Shown: in pieces, positions 1-6,943 of the stretch
Layout: each line of letters starts with the position of its first letter
Numbering within the stretch: the first letter of the stretch is position 1
NCBI RefSeq assembly: GCF_006345805.1
Contig: NW_021828225.1
Coordinates: 1 to 9,009 of the forward strand
Reading direction: 5' to 3'
Origin: Octopus sinensis
Taxonomy: Eukaryota
DNA length: 9,009 nt
Position numbers and translations under genes: made by a program
Notes under the pieces: generated by a model
The model's database searches: none
What the model saw: only the letters and a program-made list of their open reading frames with translations
What the model was told of the DNA's origin: nothing

Positions 1-965
1 CCTCAGCAACTGTTTTGAGCAAGCATTTGGCAACTTTGGCTTAGTTATCAGCCTCAAGAAGACCAACATCATGGGTCAGGCTACATCGGATATCCCAACA
101 TACATATTGGAGACCACAGAGTATAGGAGGTGGAGAAGTTTACCTATCTTGGCTCTACCGTCACCTACAACCTATCCCTTGATGCTGAGCTCAATATACG
201 CATTGGCAAGGCAGCTGCTGTGATGGCCCAACTCACCAAACGCGCATGGGACAACAATAAGCTGACCAAGACCACAAAAATGAAGATTTACCAGGCATGT
301 GTACTTAGCACTCTATTTATGACTTTGACGCCATACACACGCCATACGACGCCATACGTCGCCTAAATATCTTTCACCTGCGCTGTCTCCGGAAAATCCA
401 TCGCATCAAATGGCAGAATCATGTCCCTAACAAAGATGTCCTCAAGCAAGCAGGAATACCAAGCATGTTTGCACTCTTCACACAAAGACGTATGAGATGG
501 CTTGGACATGTTAGCCGTATGGAAGATGGCAGAATCCCCAAGGACATACTCAACGGAGAGCTTGCTAGGGGCACTAGGTCTGTGGGAAGACTGTTCTTAC
601 GATACAAGGATGTTTGCAAAAGGGACATGAGTGCCTGCAACATCAATATTACCAACTGGGAAGCAGTTGCCAGCAACCGTGGAGATTGGCGACGTACCGT
701 AAAAGAGGGAACACAAAGGAGTGACATAGTGAGAAAGGAGAAATGGAAAGACAAGAAAATACGTCAACAAGAAACTATGACATTACAACCAGTCAGGCAA
801 AGTCTTCGCTACATTTACGGCACCTGCCAGAGGGAGTGTTTGTCCCGGATAGGACTACACAGCCACAGCAAGAGATGTATTAGGACATGAAATGAAAGCC
901 GGACTAGATTATTTTATGCGCAACTCCATTGTCTCCCGAGACAAAAAAAAGGATGCCAACAACAA
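1..965 (+). mobile_element. RTE-clade non-LTR retrotransposon, 3' part (continues upstream of the window), decayed
   Basis: Translation across frames gives RTE-type post-RT sequence: FGLVISLKKTNIM (frame 2 from nt 2), EKFTYLGS..LDAELNIRIGKA (130-), RLNIFHLRCLRKI..IKWQ, RRMRWLGHVSRMEDGRIPKDILNGEL..G.R..GR..LRYKDVCKRDM (465-), and a C-terminal zinc-finger-like motif. Stop at 888-890, short 3' UTR ending ...GGATGC-CAACAACAA (956-965), matching the short-repeat tails of RTE elements. Confidence 0.9.
2..890 (+). pseudogene. Disrupted RTE ORF (end of RT domain plus C-terminal region with degenerate Cys/His finger)
   Basis: Frame 2 (2-~100), frameshift to frame 1, TAG at 124-126, frame 1 to ~345, frameshift to frame 3 around an exact 10-bp tandem duplication (ACGCCATACG, 339-348/349-358), then open to TGA at 890. 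Finger reads Y-x2-C-x12-H-x3-C; the Tyr (TAC 816-818) sits where Cys is expected. Confidence 0.85.
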
Positions 966-974
966 TATATATGG

Positions 975-1270
975 ATTTCGTAGACAGGAACTGTAACAAA
1001 TAATCGTATATATGTATGTAGCTTTTTACATTCTGAGATTTAATTATATATTTTAGAGAGTTACTTCCCTTATATAAACCGAGCGAAAATGCATTAAAAA
1101 TGCGGAAAAAATTATGGTAATTTTTTTTTTAATCGTAAACTCATCGTAGACGTGCGCTAATACAACTATAAGATACCCGGTTTTGGTTAAACTGCACTGC
1201 AAAATGTGGGAGTAGTTAGGAATCTAAATCGTAGGAGACAGATACACAACCTCTCTTTTATATATAAAGA
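975..1270 (-). mobile_element. Putative non-autonomous Helitron-like repeat, 5' portion only
   Basis: Minus strand starts A|TCTTTATATATAAAAGAGAGGTTGTGTATCTGTCTCC (5'-TC after an A, then TATATATAAA, as at many animal Helitron 5' ends). Five TACGA motifs (plus-strand TCGTA at 978, 1004, 1133, 1144, 1229) suggest one unit down to ~975. No 3' hairpin plus CTAG visible. Class assignment is inference and recall of a common octopus repeat. Confidence 0.4.
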
Positions 1271-1325
1271 TAAACTCAAAGAGCAACTAGAAAGTGAAAG
1301 TAGTATCTAACTTAGGATGTCTCAT

Positions 1326-1720
1326 AGATAGTGGTGGCAATGTGTGTTGGAGGTGGTAGATGTGGTTATCATGGCAGCGGTGGTGGTGGTGTGTAGTGGT
1401 GACAGTGGATGTGTATGATGGCAGCAATTATAGTGTTGGTGTTTTTGTAGAGGTGGTGGTGGTGGCGGCGGCAGTGGATGAAAATGATAATGATGATGAT
1501 ATAGTAGTAGTAGCATTGATTATGTTAGGATGTCTCATGAATGGTAGTGTTGAAGACATTGCAGAGTGTAGTGGTGGTGAAATTGGTGATTTTGAATATG
1601 ATGCTGGTATTGGTCTTGGGGTTGTGGTGGTGGCATTGGAGGTTGTAGTAATGGTTGTGGTGGTGGTTGTGAAGATGATTCTGATATTGATAGTCTTTGC
1701 ATTGAGGTGGTGGCAGAGTC
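1326..1720. repeat. Degenerate (GGT)n/(GAT)n/(AGT)n trinucleotide low-complexity tract
   Basis: Runs such as GGTGGTGGTGGTG, GATAATGATGATGAT and AGTAGTAGTAG; strongly G/T-skewed on the + strand. Confidence 0.85.
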
Positions 1721-2033
1721 AGAGTAAAAAATAAGAGCCCAGTTAACACAAGATTCTTAAATTTCGGAGATCATAAGATAGAGAGCAAGAAGTTAAAAGT
1801 TCCAATACTGGCCCAATACCTACACCCCAGATTCTTCAACTATTTTATAAGAAAGGGGTTAATGGCAGGATAGGGATTCAGCTTTAAAATAAATTGTATA
1901 ACAAAAAATACATAAATAAATTACTGCTCCAACGATGTAATTTTAGTATGTGTGTATGTAGTTTGTGGGTGTTGTGTGTGTAAGCAATGCAAACAATGGA
2001 AAATAATTTAAACACTCATTTTCTGATTTCTAA

Positions 2034-2486
2034 GGATGGATATTTATGCGTATGAATCTTTTTATTTTTATTTTCTTTCAAATATAATTCTAGGGAATTG
2101 AAAAAGCTGTGTACGATGTCAAGCGAATTTAGCTATTTACGATGAGCGGATGTTTACGTTACAAACGAATCTGTAGGCCTGTTTACATGTTTACGTTAAC
2201 TACGTCACAAAATAGCTGTTTACGTCACAGCAACAATATTTTGAGAGGCAGTAAATAATATGAAGCCGAAAGAAAGAATATCATTGGTTAAAATTCGAAT
2301 TATTAAACAACGTTAAACTTAGAAATTACAATTCCGTTTTCATTTTGGTTTACAATTATGTTTTCTTTTGACACATTCTACCAGTATACGAAGTTTCAAA
2401 TTGTTTAGTTAACTAGGAAAATCTGGCCTTCAAACTGAAAAGATCCTGACTTCCTATAAAAACCCAGTGCCTCTCATGACACCCCC
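2034..2486. mobile_element. Putative non-autonomous DNA transposon (Kolobok-like), about 450 bp
   Basis: Bounded by CTAA|GGATGG (2030-2039) and ACCCCC|TTGA (2481-2490): both termini start GG and each flank is one mismatch from TTAA, as expected for Kolobok (TTAA TSD, RR termini). Internal repeated TGTTTAC/TACGTCAC motifs. TIR identity beyond 2 bp is poor, so the call is tentative. Confidence 0.35.
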
Positions 2487-3063
2487 TTGACATTTATTGA
2501 CTCATTGTAAGCCACAACGGTCGCAATGAGGCGCTACTCAACAAGCTTAGAACTATTCGGATTAACATGTTGAAACACCGGGAGAATATTGTATACAAAC
2601 ACGTTTATGGCAAGGGTAAAATGCTAGCTTCAATTCATATTTTTTATCATCTGATACGTAGAGTTAGAGAGTATGGCCGAAAACTATTGCTGAACATTCT
2701 CCTGAGAATATTTAAAACACAGACACAGACACGTCATGGTTTTAATTTCTGCGATGCCTGAGCGCATTTCTATGTCTTAAAAAGAAAAACGACAAAGGAT
2801 TTAAATTTTCAAAAGAGTGAGTGACAGGTCTTTGTTGCGCTAATATGAAACGAAAGAAACGAGAGTTTCTAGTGACCAGAAAAATTTTAAAAGACTTGAG
2901 AGTATTGAAGGTGTCGTAACTGTCTGCGTTTTATAGTGCTAGTGATTACTTTTACTTTTAACAGACGGTTACTTGAATTGAATCTTAAAAAAAAAAGAAA
3001 AACATTTTGGTAATTGACAAGTATACAACGCAGAAATAATTCAAAATCAAAGTATACTCTTGC

Positions 3064-3064
<1 letters not shown>

Positions 3065-3123
<59 letters not shown>

Positions 3124-3540
3124 TATACACATATAAATATGTGCATATATAAATATATGCATATATATGTATACACATGCACATAAGTATATATGTATAT
3201 ATATGATATATATATATATGTGTGTGTATATACATATGCATATATATACACATACACATACATACACGTATATATATGTATATATATGCATGCATATATA
3301 TGTATATGTATATATATGTATATATATATGTTTACACAGATACACATACACACACAGATACATACACGTATATATATAATCATGCATATATGTATACATA
3401 TTTATATATACTCTCACACACACACGCGTACACGTACATATATTGTTATATACAATATACACATATATGTATGCTTTTATCTATACAAAGATGCATACAT
3501 ACATACGTACACCCCCACCACACACATATCACGTACACAC
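3065..3540. repeat. Perfect (TA)26 (3065-3116) followed by about 420 bp of degenerate TA/CA/TG microsatellite
   Basis: Read directly; almost continuous purine-pyrimidine alternation. Source of the Tyr/Ile/His/Cys-rich spurious ORFs. Confidence 0.95.
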
Positions 3541-3691
3541 ATAGGCATACGTTGCAGTATGGACGAATTATAAGCCAGTTTGCTTCACACTGTACACATG
3601 ACATTCCAGGTTCGAATCGGCTGCACGGCTTCACGAGGCGGCAAGTGTCATTTTTCATAGCCTTAGTGGGGTCAAGCCAGTAGTTGTGAGT
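3541..3691 (+). mobile_element. Old diverged tRNA-derived SINE, head and body; same family as 4487-4866
   Basis: B-box GGTTCGAATC at 3609-3618, then GGCAAGTGT (3640-3648), ATAGCCT and TTGTGAGT (3684-3691), colinear with GGCAAGTGT..ATACCCT..TTGTTAGT in the minus-strand SINE at 4487-4866. Remnants GTAACTTA, ACCGATAG and CTGAAAC (3853-3859) hint that it may extend to ~3865. Confidence 0.55.
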
Positions 3692-3930
3692 AATATTAAG
3701 TTGAGGGGAAAGGCATGGAGTCCCCTCTGATGGTCTGTGTATGTAACTTAATGGAACAGCCTTCTCAGCATTTGTTCTAATTGAAGATGACACCGATAGT
3801 GCATGTTTTTAATGTACAAATACGAGTTGATCGAATAAATGACAATTCATCGCTGAAACCGAGAGGCAACCATTTCCTTATCCAAGGTAACTATGCATGG
3901 AATATATGTCTGTACTCAAGTCTGTGTAGA

Positions 3931-4054
3931 CATACATACTCAAGCACACACATATTATACATACATGCATATGTATATGTATGTGTGTGTGAGAGTGTGT
4001 ATACATGTGTGTATGTATGCTTATATGTGTGTGTGTATGTACAAATATACTATA
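3931..4054. repeat. Degenerate CA/TA/TG microsatellite
   Basis: Alternating purine-pyrimidine tract read directly. Confidence 0.85.
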
Positions 4055-4486
4055 ATGAATAAAGCTGATTATTAATTTAGAAAATATAACGTTTACTAAA
4101 AAAACAATTATTAAAGTGTACACTGTCTAGAAAATTGTCATAATTTCCAATTTTAATATATTGTTTTTATCAAGATGTGATTTTGAAGTTGCTTTTATTT
4201 TTGTAGTTTTCAACTTCGCGACTCATTCATAAATCTAATTTCTTTTTCATTGCACTCTTTTTAAATTTCGGTATTATTACAGAAGTATTCTTCAATATTA
4301 TTTCCTTATAATGGATATTTTTTATTCACGTATGATAGATATTTTTAAATGAAATTCTCTACAAAAACCTTACAGATGGTGTTGATTATTACTGTGTTAG
4401 AATTTAATGTGAAAAAGAAAAGCGTGGGTGGATATTTCATGCATCTCGACTTTGATTTTTTAGACGCTTTCATAATGTATATGTCA

Positions 4487-4866
4487 TCTTTTGTTTCAGT
4501 CATTAGACTGCGGCCATGCTGGGGCACCGCATTAAAGAATTTTTAGGCGAATGATCAAGCCCAGGGTTTATTTCTTTGTAAAACCTGGTATTTATTTTAT
4601 TGTTTTATGTTGCCGAGCCGCTAAGTCGCAGGAACGCAAACATGCCAACACCGGTTGTCAAGTGGTGGTAGGGTATAAGCACAGACTCAGACAAACACAC
4701 ACACATATACACAACCGCACACACATATACGCGATAGGCTTCTTTCAGTTTCCGTCTACAAAATCCACTAACAAGGTTATGGTCGGCCCGAGGGTATAGT
4801 AGAAAACACTTGCCCAAGGTGCTTCGCAGTGGGACCGAACTCGGAACCATGCTGTTAGAAAGTACA
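4487..4866 (-). mobile_element. tRNA-derived SINE with CORE-like segment, internal (TG)n and CR1-like 3' tail; A-box end missing or diverged
   Basis: Minus strand: B-box GAGTTCGGTCCC (4842-4831); CACCTTGGGCAAGTG (4821-4807, contains the CCTTGGGCAAGT found at the start of the CORE domain); degenerate (TG)n ~4728-4692; tail GCGGTGCCCCAGCATGGCCGCAGTCTAATGACTGAAACAAAAGA (4530-4487). Recalled as a highly abundant Octopus SINE. Confidence 0.85.
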
Positions 4867-4974
4867 TCCATTTCCAAGAATTTTCTGAAAAAAATCTTTA
4901 TAGAAAGGCGAGAAAAATCTTGGTAAAATTATTGAATCCATATCCCTTTCATTATTATATCGTAATCTTCAACT

Positions 4975-5182
4975 GCGACATGGCTGAAGCATTAACGCGC
5001 TGAACAAAATATTCGGCGACATTTGAGCTGCCTTTACTTGTGAGTTCAAATCCTCCCGAGGTCAAAAATGTTTTTTTTTTATCGTTTCGGGACCGATAAG
5101 ATAAGTACCAGTCGAACACTGGGGTGGATGTATTCGATCAACTCCCCCTCACGAAATTATTGGGTTTGTTCCTGTAGCAAAA
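4975..5182 (+). mobile_element. tRNA-derived SINE, near full length, diverged; same body as 5667-5832
   Basis: A-box-like TGGCTGAAGCATTA (4981-), B-box GAGTTCAAATCC (5042-5053); body aligns by eye with 5671-5775 over about 110 nt (CCGAGGTC..TTTCGGG..GATAAGATAAGTACCAGT..ACTGGGGT.GAT). Confidence 0.7.
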
Positions 5183-5311
5183 CTTTTTATCTTATCGCAG
5201 TCGCATTCACTCTCTTTTAAACAAACTCAAAGTTAACCCATCCTTTCTGTGGTCGTTTAGTAATCTTGAAATAACAGGGATCATGTGGATCCAAAGAGAA
5301 ATTGTTTTTTC

Positions 5312-5650
5312 ATCGTGATTATAGTCTACATCATGAAAAGCTATGAGGAAACAAAGTTTTGACGCGTGAAACATCCTTTACCTTCCAATTCTTTTTCACA
5401 TTAAATTCAGATATAATCGTGATCTACACCATCTGAAAGGTAATCGTAGAAAATTTATTTAATACCCATTTTCTGAAAGTTATGAGGAAACAAAGTAGAA
5501 GGGTGATAAGGTGTTAATTATCAGAAACCCCCAGGCCCTCTCCACGACAAATCGCGATAAAATTGCAATGTGGATCTGATAGACATTTGATGAAAATTTC
5601 ATTTAGAAAAATATATTTTTCATAAAATTCAGCGGGGACAATTCAGGGTA
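5312..5650. repeat. Unclassified internally repetitive segment, possibly a non-autonomous DNA transposon remnant
   Basis: Exact 16-mer TATGAGGAAACAAAGT at 5342-5357 and 5481-5496; ATCGTGAT..CTACA at 5312 and 5416; TCTGAAAG at 5432 and 5472; perfect 16-bp palindrome GAAAAATATATTTTTC at 5606-5621. No convincing TIR pair found. Confidence 0.3.
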
Positions 5651-5666
5651 GATAGCAGTTGTGCCA

Positions 5667-5832
5667 ACGTTCTGAGTTCAAATTCCGCCGAGGTCGACTT
5701 TGCCTTTCATCCTTTCGGGGTCGATTAAATAAGAACCAGTTAATCACTGGTGTCGATGAAATCGACTTAATCCCCTTGTCTGTCCTTGTTTGTCGCCTCT
5801 ATGTTTAGCCCCTTATGGGCAATAAAGAAATA
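5667..5832 (+). mobile_element. tRNA-derived SINE, 5'-truncated (A-box absent), relatively young
   Basis: B-box GAGTTCAAATTCC (5674-5686), body CCGAGGTCGACTTTGCCTTTCATCCTTTCGGGGTCGATTAAATAAGAACCAG, tail ..TTTAGCCCCTTATGGGCAATAAAGAAATAA. Homologous to 4975-5182; recalled as an abundant Octopus SINE. Confidence 0.85.
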
Positions 5833-5989
5833 AATATATTTATTTAGGCTGAGTGAGTACAATTAGACAAGTAAAGGATACAAAAGGAAAATTAGACGTA
5901 ACATGAAAACAAAGTTCAGAAATTGGGAATCATATCTGCAAATGTAATTTAGCGACTCTTAGAAAACCACCCGGAGGTCGATCATTCTG

Positions 5990-5991
<2 letters not shown>

Positions 5992-6073
<82 letters not shown>

Positions 6074-6168
6074 TCTCTCTCTCTCTCTCACACACACTCA
6101 CACACACACAAATACACACAAAAGCACATATGCACTATACACATAGATAAAATCAACAGAGAGCACAG

Positions 6169-6200
<32 letters not shown>

Positions 6201-6332
6201 ATATATATATTGTGTGTGTGTGTTTGTGTGTGTTTGTGTGAGTGTGTGTGTGTATATATATTTACACACAGATATATATATATATATATATATTATACAT
6301 ATGTGAGTGTATATGAGTATATATATATACAT
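5992..6332. repeat. Compound microsatellite: (CA)34 (5993-6060), (CT)n, degenerate (CA)n, (TA)n, (TG)n, (TA)n
   Basis: Read directly. Confidence 0.95.
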
Positions 6333-6915
6333 ATTCTTTTATTCGTTTCAGCCATGCGGCAGTGGTACATGCTGGAGCACCACCATGGTGTTTCTGATTT
6401 TCTGAGTCTGGGGTGTTTCACATCACCACACCTGCATGTGCCTTTCTCCCAGCTGTTGGCCCATTTGGTGTATAAGGGAGCTTGATTCCGCTGCCCTGTC
6501 TGTACTTCATGTCGGGCTGTTGGTTCATCCGGTACTGTGGAGAAGATGATGTCGAGTTCCTTTATGAAGACATATACTTCCACCGTATGCAGATTTCTTA
6601 ATTCTTTGAACATTACACTGCTGCAGTACCTGGCCCCAAATTTAGATGGAGTAAATGGTGGCGGCCAGTTTTGGCATTTATATAACACTCAAAGGAATTA
6701 GCTTTTCTAGGAATTTCCATATGTATATTATTGCACATTTCTTACGTCTTCGCTCCCGTGAGTAAAGTAAAACCTATCCCTGTAGCTCACCTGCTGCACT
6801 ATTTCAATGTTTTTAGTGTAGTGGCGTTGGACTGCTTTAAGCTCCGCGGTACTATGTGCTGACCATAACTGGGAGTCCAGGCGGCTGAGAAGAAACGTTC
6901 TCCTCAGGATCGACA
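6333..6915 (-). mobile_element. CR1-clade LINE, 5'-truncated 3' end (family A), heavily eroded
   Basis: Minus-strand frames give LSRLD-SQLWS..AELKAVQRHYTKNIE..QQVSY, LYSRERRR...AIIYIWKFLE, KELRNLH..ELD..FSTVPDEPT and AAESSSLIHQ, stop TGA at 6425-6423: the typical CR1 ORF2 C-terminus, with several small deletions and frameshifts. About 40 nt of 3' UTR then GGTGGTGCTCCAGCATG..ATGGCTGAAACGAATAAAAGAAT (6384-6333). Confidence 0.8.
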
Positions 6916-6918
6916 TAA

Positions 6919-6940
6919 TATATATATATATATATATATA
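6919..6940. repeat. (TA)11 microsatellite
   Basis: Read directly. Confidence 0.95.
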
Positions 6941-6943
6941 CAT

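Noticed and set aside
419-754. 111-aa minus-strand ORF
   Set aside because: Antisense shadow of the RTE coding frame; no independent motif.
1322-1749. Val/Gly-rich and His/Thr/Pro-rich ORFs (1360-1734, 1322-1516, 1525-1749)
   Set aside because: Direct translations of a GGT/GAT trinucleotide tract; stop-poor for compositional reasons.
1802-1813. CCAATACTGGCC identical to 8688-8699 of the CR1-B hairpin
   Set aside because: A single 12-mer match is expected by chance in 9 kb; the flanks do not align.
2501-2761. Open frame of about 86 codons (includes ORF 2567-2761) with possible splice signals (GTAAGC 2507, GGTAAAA ~2616)
   Set aside because: No recognisable domain and no convincing acceptor/donor pair. 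A small exon cannot be excluded without RNA-seq or tBLASTn.
2945-2964. Polypyrimidine plus ACAG splice-acceptor-like site
   Set aside because: Followed by AT-rich sequence with no plausible exon or donor; common by chance.
3595-3625. Possible tRNA gene (GGTTCGAATC T-loop/B-box); likewise the B-boxes at 4831, 5042 and 5674
   Set aside because: No cloverleaf can be folded; each is embedded in a SINE body.
2887-4123. Many Tyr/Ile/His/Cys/Val-rich ORFs
   Set aside because: Artefacts of TA/CA/TG microsatellites.
4345-4877. ORFs 4345-4527, 4349-4546, 4551-4799 and 4605-4877
   Set aside because: Overlap a non-coding SINE and AT-rich flank; no protein motif.
5342-5496. Direct repeats as a CRISPR-like repeat-spacer unit
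   Set aside because: Only two 16-bp copies 139 bp apart, in a eukaryotic context with no cas genes.
5745-5766. GATGA and GAAA words suggesting a hammerhead ribozyme
   Set aside because: No CTGANGA core and no three-stem arrangement; it is a simple hairpin.
5968-5982. CCGGAGGTCGA resembling the SINE CCGAGGTCGA motif
   Set aside because: Too short, with no flanking similarity.
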